A DNA stretch of 22,104 nucleotides. Origin: a candidate division WOR-3 bacterium (lineage in GTDB: Bacteria; Hydrothermota; Tepidihabitantia; Tepidihabitantales; Tepidihabitantaceae). The position numbers and the translations under genes are program-made. The stretch's first letter is position 1. Every line of letters starts with the position of its first letter. Positions 8,460-16,083 of the stretch are shown here, in pieces. The stretch lies in NCBI GenBank assembly GCA_965648905.1, contig CBFGIT010000039.1:1-22104 (forward strand), in the 5' to 3' direction. A model generated the notes under the pieces. It did not search any database, was not told where the DNA came from, and saw nothing but the letters and a program-made list of their open reading frames with translations.

Positions 8460-10874
8460 GTGACCGACAGCAGGTCAGTCAGGCGTGTCACCTTTCGCTG
8501 GCCGCTCATCGTTCTGGGTACGGTCTCCTGTCTACTGCTTTCTTCTGTCGCGGCCCAGCACATCGAGACACGGGTAGAATTGCCGGACACGCTCGCCGGT
8601 CTGGAATACCCGCTTTGTCTGGTCGACGCGACCGGAGCCGGTCGAGTCTACGTTGCCGGACTGGGGAACTCGCTCGTCGTCATCGATGCCGCGACCAGCC
8701 GCCGGGTTGCGTCTCTGCCGATGACCGACTGGGAAGTCAGGCGCCTCTCGTACAACTACCGCGACCACAAGGTGTATGCCCCGGGTACCCGCAATCGTGA
8801 CGTGACCGTGATTGACGCGGCCACAATCCGGGTGAAGACCAGCGTATCCCTGGGCGCGAGTCCTTCCGACATCTGCTACGACGGCGATGGGAACAAGGTC
8901 TTTGTCGCCTGCCCGCAGCGTGGACTCCTGGTCATTGACGGCGCTAATGATTCATTGCGACTCCATGTCCCCGGCATCTCCGCCGTCGCTACCCTTTGTC
9001 TGCATCCCGGCCTTGGCAAGCTGTACTGCGCCAGCTATGCCGAGTCCGTGCTCACGGTCGTCGACATTCACGGCGATTCGGTCATCGCCAGGATTCCCCT
9101 GCCTTCATACAGCGACGCCTTGTGCCTGAACCCGACATTAGGCAAACTCTACTGCGCGGTCTACCCGAACCAGGTTGCGGTCATCGACTGCCGTGGGGAC
9201 AGTCTGCTCAGGCTCCTGGCGACCCCGGCCCGTCGCATCGCCTGTGATTCAACGCGCGGCCTGGTCTACTGCGCGGGCAGCGAATCGGTCGCGACTATCG
9301 ACTGCGCCTGCGACTCGGTGATTGCCACGGTGCGGATCGGAGGACAGGTTGAGGCAATGTACTGCCTGCCAGCGGCAGGCCGGGTCTACTGCGGTCTGGT
9401 CATGTGCAATCGGGTTATCGTGCTGGACGCGGCAACCGGCCTGATTCAAGACACCATCTACACCGGCCGCTGGCCCACGGCGTTTCTCGCCCGGGGGCCG
9501 GACACACTCTACTGCCTGGGCCAACACAGCTCCGACGTCTCCCTGATCAATACTGCCGACGGCCGAGTCCTCGACAACATCCTGGTCGGATTCGTGACCG
9601 CCGACCTCTGCTCCAACCCGGCTGAGTCCAAGCTCTACGTCGGGGCAAACAACTCGGCCTCGCTCGTGGTCGTGGACGGCGCAACCAACCAGGTGCGCGG
9701 CGAGGTCAAACTCGGTGGTCACCGCTGGGCCGAGCCGCGGCTGCCCGGGCTCTGTCTGAACTCGGTGCACAACAAGCTCTACTGCCGGTTGCACGATTCG
9801 ATCGCGGTCATCGACTGCCGGACCGACTCGGTCGTTTCCTACGTCGACTTGTCCGCTCTTGAAGGTGGGAGCGCGTTGCTCGAGTTCAACGTCCGGGCCG
9901 ACAAGTTCTACGCCTGCGGTCAGGAATCGCTTGCGGTCTTCAGCGGCGCAGACGAGCATCGGCTCTCCGCCCTGCCGGTGCACAACCTGGGGATTGACGA
10001 CCGGGCCGGCCTGTGCTTCGACCCGCTCCGGAATCGGCTGTACGACACCGGCAGTGAATCACTTGCGGTCATCTCCGGCGCGACCGACAGCGTGCTTGCG
10101 ATGGTCTTCGTCGGTCACGTGGCCGGCCCGACTCCGAGCCTGTTCTGCGTGAGCGCGTCGGGCCGGGTCTATCTCCTGGGCGAGGACTGCGTAGCCGTGC
10201 TCGACTCCGACTACATCGTCCGAGTGATACCAGCGCAGACCCTCGAATGCCGAGTCCCCGCTGCCTGCGGCAATCCTGACGCCGGCAAGGTCTACGTCGG
10301 TGAGTACGACAGCCTGCTGTTTCTGGCTGCCGACGACGACAGCGTGCGCAACCGGGTCTACGTGGGCGGAGAGATGGGCGGCGACGTCTCGGGCCTCTAC
10401 TACAGCCCGGTCAGTCGACTTCTGTACTGCGCGTCCGATGCCTGGACCAGCCGGGATACGGTTTACGTTTTCGATGGCCAGAACGACTCGGTAGTCAAGA
10501 AGTTTGGCGGGTTCAACGGACCATTCGGGCTCGTGCCCAACCTGGTCCATGACCGCATCTATGTTGCCAACCATCATGACGGCACCCTGACGATACTGCG
10601 CGACAGTTTGCCGGCCGGGCAGGCCAGGGACGGCGGTGCGCCGGTGACAGGACCCGGAGCGACGGTCGTGCGTGGGAAACTGCATCTGCCAGCAGACTCG
10701 AAGCCTGATGGCTGCGAGCGTGTGCCAATGACCACGCTGCTCGACGCGTCTGGCCGCCGAGTGCTGGCGCTTCATCCCGGCACTAACGACGTGCGCTCGC
10801 TTGCGCGTGGCGTCTACTTCGTTGTCACGCATTCGCTGCCCTCAACTGCGGCCCGCAAGGTCATCCTGGAGTAA
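8460..10874 (+). CDS. Secreted YncE/YVTN-type beta-propeller repeat protein with C-terminal sorting-like domain
   Basis: Signal peptide ending SSVAA-Q; many ~40-aa repeats K/R-(L/V)-Y-(C/V)...V(I)D...DS-V; C-terminal LLDASGRRVLALHPGTNDVRSLARGVYFV...RKVILE. Confidence 0.85.
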   Translation: MTDSRSVRRVTFRWPLIVLGTVSCLLLSSVAAQHIETRVELPDTLAGLEYPLCLVDATGAGRVYVAGLGNSLVVIDAATSRRVASLPMTDWEVRRLSYNYRDHKVYAPGTRNRDVTVIDAATIRVKTSVSLGASPSDICYDGDGNKVFVACPQRGLLVIDGANDSLRLHVPGISAVATLCLHPGLGKLYCASYAESVLTVVDIHGDSVIARIPLPSYSDALCLNPTLGKLYCAVYPNQVAVIDCRGDSLLRLLATPARRIACDSTRGLVYCAGSESVATIDCACDSVIATVRIGGQVEAMYCLPAAGRVYCGLVMCNRVIVLDAATGLIQDTIYTGRWPTAFLARGPDTLYCLGQHSSDVSLINTADGRVLDNILVGFVTADLCSNPAESKLYVGANNSASLVVVDGATNQVRGEVKLGGHRWAEPRLPGLCLNSVHNKLYCRLHDSIAVIDCRTDSVVSYVDLSALEGGSALLEFNVRADKFYACGQESLAVFSGADEHRLSALPVHNLGIDDRAGLCFDPLRNRLYDTGSESLAVISGATDSVLAMVFVGHVAGPTPSLFCVSASGRVYLLGEDCVAVLDSDYIVRVIPAQTLECRVPAACGNPDAGKVYVGEYDSLLFLAADDDSVRNRVYVGGEMGGDVSGLYYSPVSRLLYCASDAWTSRDTVYVFDGQNDSVVKKFGGFNGPFGLVPNLVHDRIYVANHHDGTLTILRDSLPAGQARDGGAPVTGPGATVVRGKLHLPADSKPDGCERVPMTTLLDASGRRVLALHPGTNDVRSLARGVYFVVTHSLPSTAARKVILE

Positions 10875-10879
10875 CACCC

Positions 10880-11419
10880 CTGGCTACCGAACCCGCGGCC
10901 CCGATCCTGAGCGAGCTCGCGCTGCTCATCAAGTCTCGCTACCCGGTCGTCTACTACGAATGCGTGGACGAGGAGTTCGGGCTGCGCGAACTCCAGGCCA
11001 TTGCCCGGCAGCTCGGGCTCGACCTCTACCGCTGGTCCCTGACCCGGGGTCTTGAGCTGCAGGTCGGGCCTGACTTCGCGCCCTACGAGCGGACCTTGGA
11101 GCCAGTCGCGATGCTTAAGCAGGTCGAGTCGCTCTGCGAATCACGCAGCCACCAGCCCGGGCTGTTCGTGCTGGTCGACTTCGACCGCCACCTTGAGGAC
11201 AACATGGTTCTACGGCTGTTCAAAGACGCGGTGGCCAGGGTGCGTGGTTCGCGCGACACCTTTGTCATCCTCGCCCACGATTACCGGCTGCCCGCAAGCC
11301 TGGAGCCGGACACAGCCTGCATTCGCGGCGGCTATCCGGCCGAGCACGAACTGGTCGGCGTGGTCAAGGAAGCGTTGCCGAAATGGGACGCATCCAGCCC
11401 GGCATCGCGGTCGACCTGA
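10880..11419 (+). CDS. N-terminal part of a Ycf46-like AAA ATPase (frameshifted; probable CTG start)
   Basis: Frame reads ELALLIKSRYPVVYYECVDEE...WSLTRGL...LFVLVDF, typical of the Ycf46 N-domain; no ATG/GTG/TTG in frame between stop 10784 and 10964; GGAG (10868-10871) 8 nt before CTG 10880. Confidence 0.7.
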   Translation: MATEPAAPILSELALLIKSRYPVVYYECVDEEFGLRELQAIARQLGLDLYRWSLTRGLELQVGPDFAPYERTLEPVAMLKQVESLCESRSHQPGLFVLVDFDRHLEDNMVLRLFKDAVARVRGSRDTFVILAHDYRLPASLEPDTACIRGGYPAEHELVGVVKEALPKWDASSPASRST

Positions 11420-12387
11420 ACCCGGATGACGTCCGGGCATTTGCCCGCGCCCTTCGGGGCCTGACCGTGCAGCAGGTGCGCAACGTTGTCTGTCAGTGCG
11501 GCCTGCGTTCGGGCCGGCTCTCCGGCGCCGACATCACTCTGCTTGAAGCTGCCAAGAAGAGAATCTTCGACCGGGAAGGCGTGCTTGAGTTCCACCTGAG
11601 CGAACGCCGCGACCATATCGCCGGATTCGACAACCTGAAGCGCTGGCTGGCCGAGCGCCGGGGCAGCTTCATGCACCCGGACGGCCTGCTGCCGCCGCCC
11701 AAGGGTGTGCTGCTCCTGGGGGTTCAGGGCTGCGGCAAGAGCCTGGCCGCCAAGGTCATTGCCCGGGAGCTTGAGCTGCCGCTCTACCGGCTCGACGTGG
11801 CCCGGCTGTACTCGAAGTACATCGGCGAGACCGAGCAGAACCTGCGCCACCTGCTGACGGTCGTCGACCAACTCGCGCCGCTCTGCCTCTGGCTCGATGA
11901 AATCGAGAAGGGCTTTGCCGCCTCGCGCAACGATGTGGACGGCGGCGTATCCCAGCGGGTCCTAGGCACGTTTCTCACCTGGATGCAGGAGCGAAAGTCA
12001 AGCTGCTTCATTGCTGCCACGGCCAACGATGTCGACCAACTGCCACCTGAGTTCATGCGCAAAGGTCGGTTCGATGAGACCTTCTTCGTCGACCTGCCTT
12101 CAGTTGAGCTGCGCGCGCAGGTCTTCCGCATCCACCTGGCCAGGCGCAATCTCCCGGTCGAGGAGTTTGACCTCGACCGACTGACCGAGGAATCCGAGGG
12201 TTTCAGCGGCGCGGAAATCGAGCAGGCGGTCATCTCCGCCCTCTACCGCGCCTCGAGCCGCAAAGAGCCGATTACGACCGACCACATCGTCGAGCAGCTC
12301 AGGGGCACACGCCCCATTTCCGTCGTCAAGGCCCAGGAAGTCGCGGCCCTGCGCAACTGGGCCCGCAGCCGTACCGTCCCGGCCTGA
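11383..12387 (+). CDS. C-terminal part of a Ycf46-like AAA+ ATPase
   Basis: GFDNLKRWL, Walker A GVQGCGKS, Walker B LWLDEIEK, ATAN, PPEFMRKGRFDE, GFSGAEIEQ, LRNWA; continues the upstream ORF in the -1 frame. Confidence 0.88.
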   Translation: MGRIQPGIAVDLNPDDVRAFARALRGLTVQQVRNVVCQCGLRSGRLSGADITLLEAAKKRIFDREGVLEFHLSERRDHIAGFDNLKRWLAERRGSFMHPDGLLPPPKGVLLLGVQGCGKSLAAKVIARELELPLYRLDVARLYSKYIGETEQNLRHLLTVVDQLAPLCLWLDEIEKGFAASRNDVDGGVSQRVLGTFLTWMQERKSSCFIAATANDVDQLPPEFMRKGRFDETFFVDLPSVELRAQVFRIHLARRNLPVEEFDLDRLTEESEGFSGAEIEQAVISALYRASSRKEPITTDHIVEQLRGTRPISVVKAQEVAALRNWARSRTVPA

Positions 12388-12413
12388 GCGATGCTCGCTG
12401 TCCCCTGCCCGGC

Positions 12414-12441
12414 TTGCACCGGCACCTGAGTCGGCTATCCT
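12414..12441 (+). promoter_or_regulatory. Putative sigma70 promoter for hutI
   Basis: TTGCAC 12414-12419, 16-nt spacer, TATCCT 12436-12441, GTG 6 nt downstream. Confidence 0.55.
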
Positions 12442-12447
12442 GTTCCC

Positions 12448-13656
12448 GTGCCTGATGACAACAGCCTGGTCCTGACCAACTGCTCGCAGGTGCTGACCAT
12501 GACCGGCACCGGGCTGGGTATGGTCGAGAACGCGACGGTGCGGGTGAAGGACGGCAGAATCGTAGAGGTCGCAGGCCCCGGTCTGGGACACGGTCCCGTC
12601 GCCGACATCGACTGCCGCGGCCGCGTGGTGATGCCCGGGTTCGTGGACCCGCACACGCACCTTGTGTTCGGCGGGTGGCGGGCCGAGGAGTTCGAGTTGC
12701 GGCTGGCAGGCAGAACCTACAAGGAAATCGCCCAGGCTGGCGGCGGCATTCTCTCGACCATGAAAGCGACGCGGGCCGCATCCGAGGATGAACTCTACGA
12801 AAGCGCCCTGGACCGTTTGCACGAGATGACATGCTGGGGCACGACCACGGTCGAGGTGAAGTCCGGCTACGGGCTCGACACCGAGACCGAGATGAAGATG
12901 CTGCGCGTGGCACGGCGGTTGGACGAGACCGGACTCGCCACGGTCGTGCCGACCTTTCTCGGGGCGCATTCGGTTCCAGCAGGGTGGGCGAAGTCCGACT
13001 ACATTCGACTCCTGACCGATGAGATGATTCCGGCAGTGGCTGGGGCTGGGCTGGCACGGTTCTGCGATGTGTTCTGCGAGAACTTTGTGTTCAATGCAGC
13101 CGAGAGCACGATGATACTTGAGGCGGGCAAGAAGCACGGCCTGCTGCCGACCGTGCACGCCGACGAGATCGAGTCCTCGGGCGGGGCCGAGGTCGCAGCC
13201 CGGGTCGGTGCGGTTTCGGCCAGTCACCTGCTTCAGCCGTCGGACGCAGGACTCAGGGCCATGATGGAAGCCGGGGTTGTTGCTGTGCTCCTGCCCGGCA
13301 CGTGCTTTTTCTTGCGCGAAGCACACCGCTCACCGGTGGCGCGGATGCGTGAGCTGGGCATACTGATGGCCGTGGCCACGGACTTCAACCCAGGCTCGTG
13401 TACCCTCTTGGCCCAGCCGCTCGCAGCCCAGCTCGCCTGCATTCACTACGGCCTGACAATCGAAGAAGCCCTGCGCGGCATCACGGTCAATGCGGCGCGC
13501 GCGCTCCAGCTTGAGGCCGGCACGATTGAGCCAGGACACTGGGCCGACCTTGTGGTCACGAACGTGCCCGACTACCGACATCTCATCTATCGCCTTGGTC
13601 ACAATCCGGTGCGATTCACGATTCGCCGGGGTCGTGTCGTTTGTGACAACTCGTGA
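12448..13656 (+). CDS. hutI: Imidazolonepropionase
   Basis: PGFVDPHTHLVFGG, GGGILST, EVKSGYG, TFLGAH, DVFCE, HADE, ATDFNPGS motifs. Confidence 0.95.
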   Translation: MPDDNSLVLTNCSQVLTMTGTGLGMVENATVRVKDGRIVEVAGPGLGHGPVADIDCRGRVVMPGFVDPHTHLVFGGWRAEEFELRLAGRTYKEIAQAGGGILSTMKATRAASEDELYESALDRLHEMTCWGTTTVEVKSGYGLDTETEMKMLRVARRLDETGLATVVPTFLGAHSVPAGWAKSDYIRLLTDEMIPAVAGAGLARFCDVFCENFVFNAAESTMILEAGKKHGLLPTVHADEIESSGGAEVAARVGAVSASHLLQPSDAGLRAMMEAGVVAVLLPGTCFFLREAHRSPVARMRELGILMAVATDFNPGSCTLLAQPLAAQLACIHYGLTIEEALRGITVNAARALQLEAGTIEPGHWADLVVTNVPDYRHLIYRLGHNPVRFTIRRGRVVCDNS

Positions 13657-13678
13657 CCTGCGCCAGACCGGGTCGGAT

Positions 13679-13706
13679 TTGACGCGGCTGGCCAAGGCTG
13701 TATGAT
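13679..13706 (+). promoter_or_regulatory. Putative sigma70 promoter for fabH
   Basis: TTGACG 13679-13684, 16-nt spacer, TATGAT 13701-13706. Confidence 0.6.
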
Positions 13707-13713
13707 TAAGACT

Positions 13714-14799
13714 GTGAACGAGGTCTCTTCGCTGATTGAGACCAACCCTGATAAGGGTACGGTCCAGACTGCCTACATTCCCAGCCCTGACCCGGCGTCC
13801 TTGCACGAACCCAGGCTGCTTTCCGCGGTCGTCGCCGGTACCGGGTTCGACGTGCCTGAGCGCGTGCTGACCAATGCCGACCTTGAGAAGATAGTCGAAA
13901 CTTCGGATGAGTGGATTACCGAGCGCACCGGCATGAAAGAGCGTCGCATCGCTGCTCCGGACCAGGCCGCGTCCGATTTCGCCTTCCGCGCCTCACAGCG
14001 CGCACTGGCTGATGCCGGTGTCAGGGCCGAAGACGTTGACCTGATTGTCGTTGCAACCGTGACCGGTGACATGCCGTTTCCCTCGACTTCCTGCATTCTT
14101 CAACACCGGCTGGGCGCAACCAAAGCTGCGGCGGTCGATGTCGCTGCCGGTTGTACCGGCTTCATCTACGCGCTGGCCACCGCACGCCAGTTCATTGCCA
14201 CCGGCGCATACAAGACCGTGCTGGTCGTCGGTGTCGAGGTTCTCTCCAAGATTACCGACTGGACCGACCGCGGCACGTGCGTGTTGCTGGCGGATGGCGC
14301 GGGCGCAGCCGTGCTCAGGGCCTCGGCTGACCAGGACCGGGGAATCATCGCCAGCTATCTGGGCGCGGACGGCTCGCGCGGTGAGGACCTTTACATGCCG
14401 GCCGGTGGCTCGCGCCTGCCCGCCTCGGTTGAGTCGGTCCAGCAGCGGCTTCACTACCTGAAGATGAACGGCAACGCCATCTTCAAGGTGGCGGTGCGAC
14501 GGATGGCCGAATCGGTGAACCGTGTGTTGCGCGCGGCCCGGCTCAAGGCCGAGGACATCAAGCTGCTGATTCCGCACCAGGCCAATCTGCGGATTATTGA
14601 GGCAACGGCCAAGCTCCTTGGTTTCCCCATGGACAAGGTGTTCGTCAACATCCAGAAGTACGCCAATACCTCATCGGCCACAACGATTATCGCCCTGGAC
14701 GAGGCACGCCGGGCCGGCCGGGTTCTTGCTGGTGATGTCGTTGTTCTGGTTGCTTTTGGTGCCGGCCTTACCTGGGGCGGAGTTGCCATTCGCTGGTAG
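13714..14799 (+). CDS. fabH: Beta-ketoacyl-ACP synthase III; start uncertain (GTG 13714 or TTG 13801)
   Basis: TSDEWITERTG, catalytic AAGCTGF, IPHQAN, YANTSSA, FGAGLTWG; ATG 13702 overlaps the putative -10 box. Confidence 0.95.
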   Translation: MNEVSSLIETNPDKGTVQTAYIPSPDPASLHEPRLLSAVVAGTGFDVPERVLTNADLEKIVETSDEWITERTGMKERRIAAPDQAASDFAFRASQRALADAGVRAEDVDLIVVATVTGDMPFPSTSCILQHRLGATKAAAVDVAAGCTGFIYALATARQFIATGAYKTVLVVGVEVLSKITDWTDRGTCVLLADGAGAAVLRASADQDRGIIASYLGADGSRGEDLYMPAGGSRLPASVESVQQRLHYLKMNGNAIFKVAVRRMAESVNRVLRAARLKAEDIKLLIPHQANLRIIEATAKLLGFPMDKVFVNIQKYANTSSATTIIALDEARRAGRVLAGDVVVLVAFGAGLTWGGVAIRW

Positions 14800-14818
14800 A
14801 CCCCGAGTCCTCCTGAAC

Positions 14819-14847
14819 TTGCTTCGGCAGCGGCTATCCGGTATAAT
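14819..14847 (+). promoter_or_regulatory. Orphan near-consensus sigma70 promoter in the convergent fabH/MFS gap
   Basis: TTGCTT 14819-14824, 17-nt spacer, perfect TATAAT 14842-14847. Confidence 0.65.
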
Positions 14848-14853
14848 TACCCA

Positions 14854-14943
14854 AGGATGCAACGCTTCCTCCTTTCCGCATCCTACCACCCCCTGCCTTC
14901 GCGTGCCCGCCGGGAGCCACGGCTGAACTAGACTCAGCCGGGC
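14854..14943 (+). ncRNA. Candidate small RNA with anti-SD loop (alternatively a 24-aa ORF at 14857..14931)
   Basis: Stem AGGATGC (14854-14860)/GCATCCT (14878-14884) with loop AACGCTTCCTCCTTTCC; second stem CGGCTGA/TCAGCCG 14920-14940; follows the orphan promoter. Confidence 0.4.
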
Positions 14944-14970
14944 GAGTATTTGCCGCCAGGCCCAGACGAA

Positions 14971-16083
14971 CTACGTTCCGCTGTCTTTGCTGCTCGCCGT
15001 GGACGCTGCGGCCGGCTGCCCGATGTAGAGCAGGCCGCCGGCAAGCGCGAGCCCTGCGGCCGTGAACATGATGGCACGGTAGCCGAATGCACCGGTGATT
15101 CCCTCGAGCAGAGCTCCGGCAACCGCGGCAAGACTGGCTGCAGACTGGAACATGCCGGCGGCAGTGGATTTCTCCGGGTTGAGCCGCATCAGCTCTTTGA
15201 GTGAGCCCAGGTACAGACACGACCAGGACAGGGCCAAAAAGACCTGAATCGGGATTACCTGCTGCCAGCTTCGCGCCAGGCCAAAGGCCGCGAACACCAG
15301 GGCTGACAGCGCGAATCCCCATATCACCATTGCCCGTTCGCGTGCCCGCTCCAGCAGATTGAGAAAGACAAACTGGCCGAACGGGTTGATGGCAAAGAGC
15401 ACACCGACGAGCAGCCGGCTGGCACCCAAGTCAGAGAGGTAGACCGGGAAGATGGTCCAGATGGAGAATGCGCCCGCATGGCGGAGGAAGAACGAAAGGT
15501 ACAGACGCCAGTTGCGTCGGAGCACGCGCGCATCCACGAACGGCTGGGCAAGACGGACGCGCTGAGGCTTGAGAGTCAGAGCGGCCAACAGCGCGGTCAG
15601 CACCATCACTGCGGCAGCAACCGGAAACACCCAGTCTGCGGGTATCATGCCCAGGGTGAACGCGCCGATGCCCCAGCCCAAAGAACCGAACCCGACAAAC
15701 CGTCCCAGCAGATTGGTCTGGTCTGAAGTGTAGGCCATCAGGGCCGCAGGAAAGCTGCCAACACAGATGCCGGCAAAGACCCGGGCAATGAGCAGACTGC
15801 CCAGACTCCGGGCAAGCACATGGGCGGCAAGCGCGAGCACTGAGACTGATATGCCCCAGACGACGAATCGCTTCCGGTCGCCGTAATCGGCCCAGCGGCC
15901 AAAGAGCATGCTTGAGACGAGCACCGCAGCCTGATAGGCAGCAACCAGGAATCCGATTTGGGAACTCGATGCTCCCATGCTTCGGGCCAGAAGCGGCACG
16001 TAGACAATCGTTGCCATCAGACCGGCATTGGTCAGCAGTTGTACCAGATTGGGGCCGGTCAGAGAAGCGGCCGGCCGGTTCAT
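14971..16083 (-). CDS. MFS transporter
   Basis: About 12 hydrophobic segments; motif A-like FGRWADYGDRKRF; ARVFAGI; ATG overlaps the upstream stop (ATGA). Confidence 0.88.
   Translation of the reverse strand: MNRPAASLTGPNLVQLLTNAGLMATIVYVPLLARSMGASSSQIGFLVAAYQAAVLVSSMLFGRWADYGDRKRFVVWGISVSVLALAAHVLARSLGSLLIARVFAGICVGSFPAALMAYTSDQTNLLGRFVGFGSLGWGIGAFTLGMIPADWVFPVAAAVMVLTALLAALTLKPQRVRLAQPFVDARVLRRNWRLYLSFFLRHAGAFSIWTIFPVYLSDLGASRLLVGVLFAINPFGQFVFLNLLERARERAMVIWGFALSALVFAAFGLARSWQQVIPIQVFLALSWSCLYLGSLKELMRLNPEKSTAAGMFQSAASLAAVAGALLEGITGAFGYRAIMFTAAGLALAGGLLYIGQPAAASTASSKDSGT

Noticed and set aside
9249..10832. Minus-strand ORFs of 244 and 257 aa
   Set aside because: Antisense shadows of the beta-propeller gene.
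12100..13326. 408-aa minus-strand ORF
   Set aside because: Antisense shadow of hutI and the AAA gene, expected in GC-rich DNA; no recognisable motifs.
13702..13713. ATG 13702 as fabH start
   Set aside because: Lies inside the putative -10 box TATGAT, so it would not be on that transcript.
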